From Stramenopiles sp. TOSAG23-6 (lineage: Eukaryota): a stretch of DNA of 39,071 nt. Both the position numbers and the translations under genes were made by a program. The notes under the pieces are model-generated. The model was given only the letters and a program-made list of their open reading frames with translations. It was not told where the DNA came from and made no database searches. Positions 1 to 11,654 of this stretch are shown one piece after another (position 1 is the stretch's first letter; each line of letters starts with the position of its first letter). The stretch covers positions 1 through 39,071 of the forward strand of contig LT635938.1 of NCBI GenBank assembly GCA_900128565.1, read 5' to 3'.

Positions 1-52
1 TTCGTACGAAAAATAAATTCGATTTTTTTGTAAAAAAAAAAATAAAACATAC

Positions 53-1550
53 ATGATATTTTCTGATGAATTTTCTACTACATTATCTACTATTTTTTTT
101 GAATTTTGAATTTGAGATCCTATAGAAATATTTTCTATTCTAATTCTTGTCAAATAACCATGTATTTTGGAAAAATATTTCAAAATTTTTTTACCAAAAA
201 AAAAAAAAATTTGTTAGGTACAAAATTTTTTTACCAAAAAAAAAAAAAATTCGACTTTTTTGTAAAAAAAAAATAATAAAACATACATGTCGACCAAATG
301 GAAGCTCAACTCCTTGAGGTATTTTAGGAATTTTAGGAGGTATTTCAGGAGAAGTAGTGCATTCATTGTAACATGTATCTAAAACTTTTGTCTCTGTAAT
401 AGAATCTAAAGATTTATTCTTTAGGCTTGACAATAATTCCGAATCATTACAATTTTCATCATTTACTACAGTTGTATTAAACACTTGTACTGGTATGTAC
501 ATTCTAGATGTTAGTGAATACACACCAAATACAGGAGCATGATCACTTATATCACAACCTTGAACTTTATGCACTGCTTCATATACATATTTCATATTTG
601 TCTTGTCATTGGCTACTACTGACACTAATCCTACTTGTTTATCATGTTGTTGTTGTTGTTGTTTATCATGTTGTTTATCATGTTGTTGTTTATCATGTTG
701 TTGTTGTTGTTGTGGCATTGGACAAAGGATACCTGGATCATACATATCCTTTTTTGCATCTGAAAAAGAAAGTTGAGAGTAAATAATTCGATCACACCAG
801 CCAGGACAACGTTCTTTGACACTTCTACCTTTATATATGGGTTCTTTATACAACGTACGATAGACTTTTCGTGGCCAATCTACTCGAATCATTTCGATTT
901 CATCATCTTTTTCAAGTTTAATTGGAGATAACGGAACATCATAAATTTCATCATTTTTTACATTTATATGCGCACTCTTTCGTACAGACTGTCTTGGTGT
1001 ATTGCACCAATTGGAGAGATTCTCATTTCTACCTTCATATAGCTTATGTATTGTGAATTTTTTTTTTTTCTGATTTTTTTTTGTTAGGTACAAAATTTCA
1101 TACGAAAAAAAAAAACATTGGAAATGAATTATAAAAACGTACATATGTAGGAAAGAAGTTATCTGCTTTTTTAGGTTCTTTAAACCCAACCCATGCATTA
1201 CCCATTTTCTGATCTAATCGAAAAGTGTCATAATCATCATGTAAATGACGTAATTTTGTCTCACCACCACCGATACAATTTAAAACATTTTCAGTAGTTA
1301 CATGTATTTTGAAAAAATATTATTTTTTTTTTTTTGGAAAAAAAGTTCGTTAGGTACAAAATTTGCTATGAAAAAAAACAATGAAGAAAAAAATCATGAT
1401 GTAAGACATACACTTTCCAATCTGTAATTTAAATCACCCATCCAAACTAAGTTATGAAATTGTTGATTCAAATCAAAATGTTTATCACCAAGTCGATTTC
1501 CAAGTCTATTCATAATATCCGCTATTTGAATAATTCTTGCTGCAGGGTTC
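53..1550 (-). CDS. Inositol polyphosphate 5-phosphatase family protein, partial (exons 1550-1412, 1301-1143, 1045-287, 159-53)
   Basis: Spliced translation contains VWMGDLNYR, GFKE...FFPTYK, PGWCDRIIY and SDHAPV, the conserved 5-phosphatase motifs. N- and C-termini are absent. Confidence 0.85.
635..712 (-). repeat. CAA/CATGATAAA microsatellite encoding Q-rich QQQHDK repeats (mirror about 38360-38437)
   Basis: Tandem tgttgttgt/ttatcatg units; protein reads PQQQQQHDKQQHDKQHDKQQQQQHDKQ. Confidence 0.85.
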
Positions 1551-1614
1551 ATGGATTATGAAAAAATATTTCAATAAAAAATTCGTTAGGTACAAAATTT
1601 CGTATAAAAAATAC

Positions 1615-3513
1615 ATAGACATAAAGCAATGATTGATACTGTCGTTGACTTGATACAACTAATTACGTTTACGACAATATTAAAACATATTTGTCTTCTT
1701 TTACCCTTTTTTTCTGTGATGCATGTATTGGTGAAAAATATTTTTTTTTTGATAAAAAATCATTAGGTACAAAATTTCGTATGAAAAAAAACGTTTTGAA
1801 ATGAATGATGAAAACGTACATATTTTTCGAAAATTTAATAAAAAGGTATATATCATTTGTAGTGAAATTCCTATACAAAATGTACCTAATATATATGGGA
1901 GTATTTGACTACATATTGCATTTAATGTTTTTAATGGAAGCGACCACGACATGCTCATTTATTTTGGTAAAATATTTCAAAAAAAATCTAAAAAATTTTG
2001 TTAGGTACAAAATTTCCTATAAAATTCGAAATTGAAAAAAATAAAACATACATTTTACCCAATGAAGGATCATTTAGAAACAAATGTACTAAAAACTTCA
2101 CAAAAGAAAGACTAAAATTTTCAGATAAAGTTATAATTTTTGGATCATTTTTTGTATCATTTTCGTTCCAAATCTTCAATTCAAATACATGTATTTTGGA
2201 AAAATATTTCCAAAAAAAATCGTTAGGTACAAAATTTCGTACGAAAAAAAATTCAAATTTGAAAAAAAATAAAACGTACATACGCAGAAATTCCAATACA
2301 AAATGAAATAAACGCTACAAAAAATGCACTGCTCATAGTTCGAGAATTATATTTGCTATCCACTCCAGAAGAATGTTTGTATGCTCTATTTTGTTTTTTT
2401 CGTAGGAAACAAGTACAAATACATGAAAACAGCCATGTTGGTGAAAAAATATGTCACACAAAAAAAATCGTTAGGTACGGAATTTTCTATAAAAAAAAAA
2501 ACATTGATATTCATCATAAAAACATATAGGATAGACAAAAATCGTCGACCAATGGAATACATAAGCAAATCGTTAGAAGATTAAAAAATGTATAATTCCC
2601 AGTCATAATTATGAGTACCTGCAAGGCTGATTGTGTAACTGCAGCTGTAAGTCTTAAGAAACGAATAAGTATTGTGAAAAAATATTTCAAAAACAAATCG
2701 TTAGGTACAAAATTTCGTATGAAAAAATTAAATTTAAATCTGAAATTCGTGATGAAAATGTACAGGACAAATAATTAATATAGACAGTGGAATTTCTATA
2801 AGTAGGCAAATTCCAACAGAAAGTTGCTGATAAAACGGAGGCAATTGGTGAGCAAACCATGCAAAAGGTGTTGGTATACACTGTGTGGCATAATGATAAT
2901 CAAGAGCAGTCAAGGATTTCCATGTTTTACACCTTGACTGGAGTTTTACTACTCCCGAGAGAAGCATTAACTTAAAAAAAATTAGGCGAAGCAACCAACG
3001 AACTACATGTGAAGGACTTTTACCATTGTAAATTTTTATCCATGGTGCCCATAGAATTGATGCGGCGCCGACCTCTAAAAGTAAAATATCCCACTGAAAA
3101 CTCATGAACGTCCTACCCGTTGAATAAAGTGAGAAATAGGTGATCCACTGAATATACAAAAATACAGCTGGATAGGTTCCTAATAACACAAAAAAGGAAA
3201 CAAGTACACCAAGAAGAGACAATAGCTCATGAAATGTATCAATATCGAAAGCCAAATGATTGTGAAAGATTGCAAGTGTGGTGGGCTGAAAATTTAACGT
3301 ATTCTCAACAAAGAAGGTGATAGGATCTGAAGTCACTGGTATATTTTGTATAGGAATTAAACCATTTTGTTGAGAGTACAGCCCCGGGTACTGCCAAAAA
3401 TATGAAGAAAATGCAATCAAATATACAAAACCAATTGCTCGAAGAAATATCTTTCTTGACAGTACATACGTACTCTTCTTGTGTTCATTGTCATGCTTGT
3501 GCATGGTTACCAT
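1615..3513 (-). CDS. Lipase maturation factor (LMF2-like), 3'-truncated (exons 3513-2764, 2666-2528, 2434-2280, 2188-2052, 1956-1820, 1722-1615)
   Basis: Motifs [49 protein letters not shown] and [18 protein letters not shown]. The C-terminal LMF domain is not present. Confidence 0.88.
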
Positions 3514-3729
3514 TTAATTTTAATCTACTACTAAGTCTTGATAAAATTTTTGTAGCATTCTGAATATTTTTTGATAATTAAATCATTTGAAAATCACGAA
3601 TTCTGGAACAGAATGACCGTTTCACTTCTTCGAAAAATGAAGTCTAAAATACAGTATCTATCTTGATTTTTGTTGCCTGTGGCTTGTTTTCCATTGCATA
3701 TCGAAATTGAATAAACATCGTAGGTTACA

Positions 3730-6700
3730 ATGGTGGTACCACCAATATTAGTAGACGATATCATTCCCCATCAGTTATTGCCAGAATGGGACGTCTCAAA
3801 GATACCCAACGAAGAAGCAAACGAAGAAGCTTCTCCTTTTGAAGATCCCCAGGGTTTGCCTGAGCTTCCAGCGAATCTTGAGTGTCAAATTTCAGAGTGG
3901 GTTAGACCGAAGGAATTGGCTGCACTAAAGCGCAGTAAGGAAGAATCTAATTCAGCAGGCGATGCAAACACATCCGAGGCAGTGGATGGAAGTCAAAATG
4001 CCGATACATCTGATAATACTACAGAAACTGTAGGAAAAGATAATGAAACTTTGGAGGAAAAAAAGGATGAAACAAAAGATACAGAAGATGAAGATGTAGT
4101 AGCACCAATTGAAGACAAAATTACTTACGCTGTTGCTAAACCAATATATGTTGCAAATACGATAGTAAAAATGTTACCGCGTAAGTTAGTGGCAGCAAGC
4201 AGTGACGCTGCAAAACTTTTAGCTTCACAATTGGAGTTAGTAGGTAATCATTCAAAACTTGTCAAAAACGGGTCTTTTTTATGGGAATTAATTCATCCTC
4301 AATTAGACGAAAACGCCTTGCCAAAACTAAGTAACACTGGAAGATACTTTGTGCGTTTGTTTGTAAGTGGTGCGTGGCGATGTGTCGAAATTGACGATCG
4401 CGTTCCTGTAGACGCCTTGGGGAACTGCCTATTCCCAGTATCAATGGATGCTGGTGAGATTTGGCCACTTATTCTTGCTAAAGCTCTCTATAAAGTGGCA
4501 GCTTCACAACGTGCTACTACTATTGTGAATGATGCTACAAGTCCAACTGTGTTGCGAAGACTCACTGGATGGGTATTCGAGCCATATACGTTAGGTCCTT
4601 TACAAGCATCAATCCCGGTGCAACTGAAAGCGACAGGATATCCTGATATTGACAAAATTGATTCGGATGCGTCTGAAAGTACCGGGCAGAACGACAATGA
4701 AGACTCTACGAATGAAAATAAAACTAGAGTTCCAAGATTACTCTGCCTACTATGTACTGATAGCACCAATGTCAATGGTGTAGAAGTTGGTTGCATTTAT
4801 GGCGTGTCAATGGTAAAACCAAAATCAATAAAGATACAAGGAAGTATTAACTATGCGATGTGGAGACACGAAATTCGCCGAGCTTTTGATACTCTGTCTC
4901 CAGTTGATGGAAAGAAGGAGTCTGTACTTCAAACAGAGCTTGTTGACATGTTGCATGAAGATGATATGCAGCTTGCATTAAAAGCTGCGTGTCTTGCGAA
5001 ACCTGGGGCTTTGAATAATCTTGATATTAGCGCGCAATCAGAGGAAAACAATCAGGCATCGATATCATGGGATGAATTTATTCGCATGTTTGATAATCTT
5101 ATACTAATTGAAGAGTCTGATATTGACGTACCATTCGGTGATATTTTACAAGCTTTTTCACCTGTAACAAATCTTGTATTCTGTCACAATGCACCCAATA
5201 TTAATGTTTCTGAGAAAAAGGCGGAAGATGATGATACTACGGAAACAGAAATTGATACAAATACTAAAACTACAAATATTGTATCAACAAGTTTTCATTG
5301 GAATTGGAAAAGTCCCACAACTGATACTGTTTCTGCAGAAGGTGATGACAACCAAAGTACAATTATAGTAAAGTCAGGAGGTAAAAATAATGCACGTTTG
5401 GAAGATGGATATATACGTCAAGGTGATGGTGATGCGTCCATTGAAGCGGAAAGTTGCATCGAGGAAATGTACTCGCCTATGCTTTGGGTTGATGGAGGTA
5501 TCACAGGAAGTCGTGTGGTTATAAACTTTGAAACAGATGCAACTTTGAAATCGAACACAGATGACGAAAAACACACGGGGTACATTTTGCTTATGGAGGA
5601 AATAAAAGGAAGTCCTTGGAGGGAACAGACCAAAGAGCAAGATGGAATATTTGGGTCACAGAGGCCGTGCGTGCCTCCAAAGACTTACCAAGTGATGTGT
5701 ACACGTGGTGACATTGCTGCTATGTCTTTCAATGTGTCTCCTGGCGAACATTTTTATCGTATGTCTGTTGACTGCTCTTGGGGTTGGAATGTGACATATT
5801 TTTCAGATGCCCCTATTTTATTAGGTCCGGTGACAAAAGTATTAAAAGATGTATCAGGAATGAACGGGACACAATTTAAAAGTCAATATTCACTAGTAGA
5901 AAATGAGGATTTTGTCGAAGAAAGTATTGTTGATGGTTCTAATAATAGTTGGCGCATTCTTGGAGCCCAAGTATTTCGTGTTCCAGAGCAAAGTGGTACT
6001 TCTGTCGGTGCTACATTGCATATGTCGGATCATATATGGCAACAATACGTGCGATTATCAATCATTGATAGAGATACTGGTACAAAGACATCCATGGGAT
6101 CTTTGGAGATGTCTATTCGAAATCTCCCTGCAAATTCGGAAGGGTATTGCCTTGTAGCAACGTATGAAAACTCTGTGAAAGATTTGCCTGGGAGTAAATG
6201 GAGAATGAGTATATTAAGTAGCGACCCATTATTGGATTGTGTCCCAGTTAATTTTGATAAACTGAAGACTGTTCTTGGAGTATACCAACCAAATAAGTAC
6301 AAGCGATTCTTTCGATTACGAATAACATCGCCAACTGGTGATGATGAAGAAGAAACATCTTTCAATCAGCACCTTGCACTGCGACTTTCGGTATCTGACC
6401 CATCAATTTATGTTCAATTGAATGTTCTTATGGTACTGGAAGAAAACCAAAGTGACCAAGATGATATTTTACCCGAACATCCAGTATGTAAATATGTTCG
6501 TAGTGATGGTGGTGTATCTGACGATTTCGTTGTTGTATCTAAACGTGGCAAGGGTTCAGCAGAATTACTGTATGTACCTGGTTTTGGTCCGAAAGGTAAA
6601 GAAGTTTTAATACAAGCTAGTTTCGATGCAGAAAGGTTTTTAGTTCCATCGAAGTGGAGTTCAGAATCTCCCTATTGGGAAAAAGGTGGACAAGATGTCG

Positions 6701-7338
6701 ATGGTGGTGGTGAAGACTCAGAATCAAGTCCTATTTCGAGCATTGATGAGCTCAGTTGGAAACTTACTATGAATAGTAAGATTGCAGTTACCGCTACACC
6801 ATGTAGGAAGCGTGAAGATTTATTCAATAATATTCGTGATCTCTGGGAGAAAAATTCTCCAGGTCGCGCAGAGAATGCAAAGAAATATTTTGATGAAAGA
6901 AATTCAAATAGCAATACTGAAACAAATACCGAAATAAATACTGAAGGAAGTACTGAAGGAAATGAAGATGCTTCTCCAAGTTCAAACATGCGACCAAATA
7001 TTGAACTGAAATATATTGCATCAAATTCTGCCCCTGATGAAGTTTCCGTCATCACCGTAGGCGAATGGAATGACGTAAAAGCATCAAGAAAAAAGCAACT
7101 TGAAGGGATGAAAGAGTTTTGGACGCAATGGGATGAACAAAGAGTCACAAACAAGCAAGAGCGTTTTAGAATACTTCAAAGTATTATTGGTGGAACAGAT
7201 GAGGATGAGACTGCAAGTGGCATATTAGGCGACATGAATAGATCTCAAAAGTCATACAATGCGTTTTTGTTAGATAGATTCAATACAATCACTAAATTAT
7301 CAGAATCGCCAGAAATAGTTCCTACAGAATCTTCATAA
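3730..7338 (+). CDS. Androglobin-like / calpain-like domain protein, 1202 aa, intronless
   Basis: Calpain-type segment GRYFVRLFVSGAWRCVEIDDRVP...EIWPLILAKALYK with no obvious catalytic Cys motif. YQPNKYKRFFR and WEKNSPGRA resemble the androglobin C-terminal region (recalled similarity). Confidence 0.7.
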   Translation: MVVPPILVDDIIPHQLLPEWDVSKIPNEEANEEASPFEDPQGLPELPANLECQISEWVRPKELAALKRSKEESNSAGDANTSEAVDGSQNADTSDNTTETVGKDNETLEEKKDETKDTEDEDVVAPIEDKITYAVAKPIYVANTIVKMLPRKLVAASSDAAKLLASQLELVGNHSKLVKNGSFLWELIHPQLDENALPKLSNTGRYFVRLFVSGAWRCVEIDDRVPVDALGNCLFPVSMDAGEIWPLILAKALYKVAASQRATTIVNDATSPTVLRRLTGWVFEPYTLGPLQASIPVQLKATGYPDIDKIDSDASESTGQNDNEDSTNENKTRVPRLLCLLCTDSTNVNGVEVGCIYGVSMVKPKSIKIQGSINYAMWRHEIRRAFDTLSPVDGKKESVLQTELVDMLHEDDMQLALKAACLAKPGALNNLDISAQSEENNQASISWDEFIRMFDNLILIEESDIDVPFGDILQAFSPVTNLVFCHNAPNINVSEKKAEDDDTTETEIDTNTKTTNIVSTSFHWNWKSPTTDTVSAEGDDNQSTIIVKSGGKNNARLEDGYIRQGDGDASIEAESCIEEMYSPMLWVDGGITGSRVVINFETDATLKSNTDDEKHTGYILLMEEIKGSPWREQTKEQDGIFGSQRPCVPPKTYQVMCTRGDIAAMSFNVSPGEHFYRMSVDCSWGWNVTYFSDAPILLGPVTKVLKDVSGMNGTQFKSQYSLVENEDFVEESIVDGSNNSWRILGAQVFRVPEQSGTSVGATLHMSDHIWQQYVRLSIIDRDTGTKTSMGSLEMSIRNLPANSEGYCLVATYENSVKDLPGSKWRMSILSSDPLLDCVPVNFDKLKTVLGVYQPNKYKRFFRLRITSPTGDDEEETSFNQHLALRLSVSDPSIYVQLNVLMVLEENQSDQDDILPEHPVCKYVRSDGGVSDDFVVVSKRGKGSAELLYVPGFGPKGKEVLIQASFDAERFLVPSKWSSESPYWEKGGQDVDGGGEDSESSPISSIDELSWKLTMNSKIAVTATPCRKREDLFNNIRDLWEKNSPGRAENAKKYFDERNSNSNTETNTEINTEGSTEGNEDASPSSNMRPNIELKYIASNSAPDEVSVITVGEWNDVKASRKKQLEGMKEFWTQWDEQRVTNKQERFRILQSIIGGTDEDETASGILGDMNRSQKSYNAFLLDRFNTITKLSESPEIVPTESS

Positions 7339-7430
7339 TATAATCTATCAATAAAAAGAATAATCCAAAAAATCAAAATATATGTTTTGTTTTATATTTA
7401 TTACAGTAGCAATACTATATAATCATTCTA

Positions 7431-8951
7431 TTAAGCCTGGGTGTAGTGCTGAAGTCTGTACAATAAAACCTTGCCTTTGTCATTTCCTATAGAAAGAAAG
7501 CCACTATGTGGGCTAAATGAAGTAGAACTAACGTACCCTAAAGGTGTGTTTGAAGTAGGCCAATTTTGGTAAGTTGTGAAACTTGGACAATGAACAATTT
7601 TAAATTGATCTTTAATTCGTTGAGACCGAATTGAAAGCAACTGTGAATCATGGTTAAACGTTAAACCATCAATGGCTGTGGTTAAATTCATAATAGCTTT
7701 GGTTGGTACAGGTGTAGCTTCTTTAGATGCCTTTTCTGCATCATATATGTTAACTACACCTGCTTCTGATCCAATTGCGTAATATTTACCATTTGGAGAA
7801 ACTGCAATTGCACTGCCTGTCATTCCACCTTCATCAGCGTGCCTGTGAATACATCTTCTGTCATTCAGACTCCATCTGTACACATCTCCATCAGTACCAA
7901 CAGTGAGTAACTCAGAACAATCAGGCGTAAAAGCAACAGCACGAACAGCCCCGTTCATTTTGAGGTTGGCAATCCATTGTTTTGTTTTTCCTGAAACTAG
8001 TATCACATATCCGTCATTACCCAAAAAAGCAATCCAACGACCATCTGACGAAGCCACAACCTTTTCAAGAGATTTCTCTTTACGACCAGCAATACGCGGA
8101 ATTTTAAGAACAGAACCTGATGCTATATCAACTGTGTAAAAGAATGGTCGACGGCCAGTTGCAATTATTTGTTCTGATCCCACTGCTGAAGAACCACAAC
8201 CTGAAAATGTTGCAGTCCTGATGGGCATGTCTGGAAATACAACACCTTGAATTTTTCTATTAAACTTTCCATCTATATCAAATAGTCTCAATTTTTTATC
8301 CAATCCAGCAGTAAGCATCAACGAGCGTCTCGTGTGAAATTCTACAGATTGCACAACAGCATCAGAAATTTCTTCAGCATTTGCGTCTTTTACTCGCAAT
8401 ACCGAGAGTTGTTCCTTTCTAATTGCAGCAGTTGAAGACCTCAGCATTGAGGCAGATGTTTTAAACAAATCTACAGCCAGACCATTCGTCATGTCATCAG
8501 CAATGGCAGAAGCAAACTTGAGACTTGGGGGCACTTCAGGTATGGCGGCCCACGACGTCGCAGGGTTCATTTTACAAAATTGCGAACGAAGACGACGCGC
8601 GTATTCAGCACCTGATACAACTGTTTCTTCTTCTGTCTTTCGAAGTTTCCGAAGCCGGTTTGTTGCACTAATATCAAAACTCTCTCTATCATCATCTGAA
8701 TCATTCCATGCAGGTTTTAAACACAGCTTTCTCTTACCGCCTGATTTTGATGAATTTCGAAAGTCGTTGTTTATTGTTTCTGAAGTACCACCTGTAAAAA
8801 TTGCATCACCTTCATTTCCAGACTCAGAGTCAGACATACTGTCACTCTCCTCCCCAAATTTCAATGCTGGACCACCAAATAGACTAGATGCAAGCTCTTT
8901 TTCTGAATCATCTGCATGCATTATCGCTGGAGTTGGTTTAGATTCTCCCAT
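7431..8951 (-). CDS. UTP18: U3 snoRNA-associated protein 18 (WD40)
   Basis: N-terminal KPAWNDSDD and RLRKLRK motifs, WD40 repeats, and C-terminal YQNWPT..TPLG..FSPHSGFLSIGNDKGKVLLYRLQHY. Confidence 0.92.
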   Translation of the reverse strand: MGESKPTPAIMHADDSEKELASSLFGGPALKFGEESDSMSDSESGNEGDAIFTGGTSETINNDFRNSSKSGGKRKLCLKPAWNDSDDDRESFDISATNRLRKLRKTEEETVVSGAEYARRLRSQFCKMNPATSWAAIPEVPPSLKFASAIADDMTNGLAVDLFKTSASMLRSSTAAIRKEQLSVLRVKDANAEEISDAVVQSVEFHTRRSLMLTAGLDKKLRLFDIDGKFNRKIQGVVFPDMPIRTATFSGCGSSAVGSEQIIATGRRPFFYTVDIASGSVLKIPRIAGRKEKSLEKVVASSDGRWIAFLGNDGYVILVSGKTKQWIANLKMNGAVRAVAFTPDCSELLTVGTDGDVYRWSLNDRRCIHRHADEGGMTGSAIAVSPNGKYYAIGSEAGVVNIYDAEKASKEATPVPTKAIMNLTTAIDGLTFNHDSQLLSIRSQRIKDQFKIVHCPSFTTYQNWPTSNTPLGYVSSTSFSPHSGFLSIGNDKGKVLLYRLQHYTQA

Positions 8952-9170
8952 TCTGTGTTTATAGGTCAGAGAAACTTGTACTTACACTAATCCTAGTTTT
9001 TCACTCGCTGACTATTTATTTCCGATTAATTGCACGAACCTGCTTTTCGACCAGAAATGTAACTGTTGTGTCGGTTGAAAGTAATTTGAGTTCATTTATA
9101 TGCATCATGCAAAACCCAAAAGGTAATACAAACAAATCATTTGGTTCATTTTTTATTTCAAAATGAGAAA

Positions 9171-9893
9171 ATGAATAGCCTTATCAAACATAAACTGCAC
9201 AAAAATATGCAACAAATAGATGAGAGTTCAAATTTTGTTATGGAGGGGTTGAGTGAACTTCGTTTTCTCAAAGGAAAACTTCCAGTTCCAAGTCCATCAG
9301 AAAAACTTCCAAAAACAAAATTTCCAGTAAAACAGAATATGGATATTTCGTACCCAGACTTATGCCCTGATATAGCTTACCAAAATGCTTCCACGGATCG
9401 TTTCTTAGAACTTCCAAAGCCACGTACGCAAGTAATAAAACCATTCAGAAGTCAAGTTTATCTCACGAAGGAGGAGAAAATTTTAATAGTGCAACAAAGA
9501 GCTGGAAAAATCAAGAAAGACACGAAACTCATGGAAGATATACCATCACGACACATACAAAGAAATGTTAAGTTTGGTTCTACTCAAACTAATCAATACT
9601 TTCGCAATTCTCGTGATGTTACTTATCAAGTGGATGATTTTGATCTACATGATTCTAAATTTCATAGAACCATCGATGAGGGTATTACAAATGTCGTTAA
9701 TTCAAAAGTCGCTAGTTGGCGAGCGGCACAATACTCAGCTCTAGCAGCGTTGCATGCAGAGGTAGTTACAGGGAAAATGTTACTACGTTTAAATGGAATG
9801 AAAAGTCAGAATTTTATACGGCAAGTTACTAAAATGCGATTAGATAGAAACAAATGTCAGTTTTTGTGGAATAATTTGATAAATCATAAATGA
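9171..9893 (+). CDS. Hypothetical protein (about 240 aa from the first ATG)
   Basis: Long ORF filling the gap between UTP18 and the 7TM gene; no recognised motif. Confidence 0.55.
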   Translation: MNSLIKHKLHKNMQQIDESSNFVMEGLSELRFLKGKLPVPSPSEKLPKTKFPVKQNMDISYPDLCPDIAYQNASTDRFLELPKPRTQVIKPFRSQVYLTKEEKILIVQQRAGKIKKDTKLMEDIPSRHIQRNVKFGSTQTNQYFRNSRDVTYQVDDFDLHDSKFHRTIDEGITNVVNSKVASWRAAQYSALAALHAEVVTGKMLLRLNGMKSQNFIRQVTKMRLDRNKCQFLWNNLINHK

Positions 9894-9972
9894 AAAACTA
9901 TAGTTATTTTTATTACATTATACCAAATTGGTACAAAAGCAAAATTAAATTGCATTACATTGTTTGCAATAG

Positions 9973-11256
9973 TTAAGACCTTGTGTTTTTAATAGGAAGC
10001 TTGCTTAAATTTATGCTCCTACAAACTTCCGCATTTAAATTTGAGTTGCAGTTTGTCGATGATATTTTCTGTTGCGTGGGTTGCATACTACGCCAGCATG
10101 AAAATAGTACATCATTTTTATACCCGTACATATATAACATAAGAAATCCTTGAAGGAAGAATATAAAATTATACGCAAGTGACAAAGCTGGAAAACTATT
10201 AATTATCAAGCCACAGCCACTGCTAGAGAGACTATCTACATTTCCGTCTATTAATCCAGACATTTTAGAACAACTTTTCAAAGATGCATTTAGATCATTT
10301 ATATTCGAATGGTCTCTAAAACTTTGAATGATACAATCTTGCCACAAACTCGATTTATTAACAAGGCCCAATGCAGGTTTCATATTTCCATTGAGGTAAT
10401 TAGCCAAGAGGCAAGATCGCCAAGAGACACTCGCTTTCCTTTTGACATGAAAGACCTTTAAAAGATTTAGGAGCATTATTGGGACTACCATCGAAGAGAA
10501 ACTAAGCATAAATGTCAAAAATCCTGTCAGCCCCAAGCAACATGTTTTCACACCTCTAAGTTTTTGTATTTTTCTTAATTCTATAAAACAAATACAGAGC
10601 AAAACGTTGCCAACAAACCAAATGAATGTAATAGGTCCGAAAAATAACACCCATCTCACAGGCCCAGTACCCCTAAAAAATAAACAGAAACTATTTGGTT
10701 CAGTGTGCCCAAATGCTTTATAAGTAAGAAGGATAGATACTATTATCAGAGGGAAAAGAAAACAAAAAACTAACGAACGAAAGGGGTCTAACCTTACTTC
10801 ACTTTTTAGCTTTACGAAAAATTGTAACACGGTTCGAAACCATAAACAGCACATGACTAGAGTGAAAAAAGCTATAGATGTTGCCTGTATAATACAAGGT
10901 GCAGTTTTGGAGTTAAAGCCGTGCCTTTTCATTTGAACGTGTGATACGTTGTCAAAACAAAATGATCCATGCTCCCCTCCAGTAATGTCACGAAGAGTTA
11001 TAGAAAAAACCAGAAAGAAGCTTACAATCAAAGTCACAATCGGTGACCTCAATTTCCTCAATTTGGGATCGATTAAGTATGCTAATATATGTAATCCTAG
11101 AAGAAGGCAAATGATAGTCCCAACGGTTGTTTCTAGAACGAGCATCCTATTGGAATCTCTCTTGGAAATAAACGGAGCTTCGCAAGGAATTTCACAGTCT
11201 CCAAGTGGGCTACGTTCTAGTGGTACAGGACATGATTTTAAAGAATCAAAATACAT
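9973..11256 (-). CDS. Frizzled/Smoothened-like seven-transmembrane receptor (5' end uncertain)
   Basis: CPVPL...CEIPCEAPF linker followed by about 7 hydrophobic segments and Cys-containing loops, the pattern of class F-like GPCRs. Confidence 0.6.
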   Translation of the reverse strand: MYFDSLKSCPVPLERSPLGDCEIPCEAPFISKRDSNRMLVLETTVGTIICLLLGLHILAYLIDPKLRKLRSPIVTLIVSFFLVFSITLRDITGGEHGSFCFDNVSHVQMKRHGFNSKTAPCIIQATSIAFFTLVMCCLWFRTVLQFFVKLKSEVRLDPFRSLVFCFLFPLIIVSILLTYKAFGHTEPNSFCLFFRGTGPVRWVLFFGPITFIWFVGNVLLCICFIELRKIQKLRGVKTCCLGLTGFLTFMLSFSSMVVPIMLLNLLKVFHVKRKASVSWRSCLLANYLNGNMKPALGLVNKSSLWQDCIIQSFRDHSNINDLNASLKSCSKMSGLIDGNVDSLSSSGCGLIINSFPALSLAYNFIFFLQGFLMLYMYGYKNDVLFSCWRSMQPTQQKISSTNCNSNLNAEVCRSINLSKLPIKNTRS

Positions 11257-11654
11257 TTCACGTAATATATGACCAAGGAATTAATATATGGTATGCCTAA
11301 TGGAATGTACACAGAAACGTATGGCGTAACCTTCCCTTTTGCTTCTATGTTACTGTGTAATTGAATTCGTGGTGGTGGGTAGCAAAGCGGTAGCAAAAGT
11401 TGATGGATGACCGTTCTTTAAAACTTTCCCTAAAACTTTCTTCGTGTTGTGTTACTTGAAAGTTTGAAACCTAAAAATAAATTTGAAATTGAGCTTTCGA
11501 GTCAATATTATTAGTCAAACGGTCAAAAAATCCAGGACATAGAGAGATAAGAAGACTCTCAAGAAGAAAAAATGAACTAAGTCTTGGACATTACACATTT
11601 TGAGTTCATCACGAAAAGTCTTGTTAGTGTTGTTACTTGGCTAATTTGAAGCTT

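Larger units (their letters stand above)
1..2763 (-). mobile_element. Mirror cluster of 10 introner-like inserts (1-52, 160-286, 1046-1142, 1302-1411, 1551-1614, 1723-1819, 1957-2051, 2189-2279, 2435-2527, 2667-2763)
   Basis: Recurrent + strand motif GTTAGGTACAAAATTTCGTA flanked by ATGTATT...AAAAATATT and AAAACATAC. These mirror the copies at 36274-39071. Confidence 0.85.

Noticed and set aside
1-2763. CRISPR-like array of recurring GTTAGGTACAAAATTT motifs
   Set aside because: The spacers are 107-759 nt protein-coding exons, the repeats are degenerate, there are no cas genes, and the context is eukaryotic.
1669-2881. Short ORFs sharing peptides such as YEILYLT, RNFVPND and LGTKF as a small-protein family
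   Set aside because: These are translations of the repeated intron core in different frames.
4262-8964. Antisense and nested ORFs within the androglobin-like and UTP18 genes
   Set aside because: Shadow frames of real genes with no recognisable motifs.
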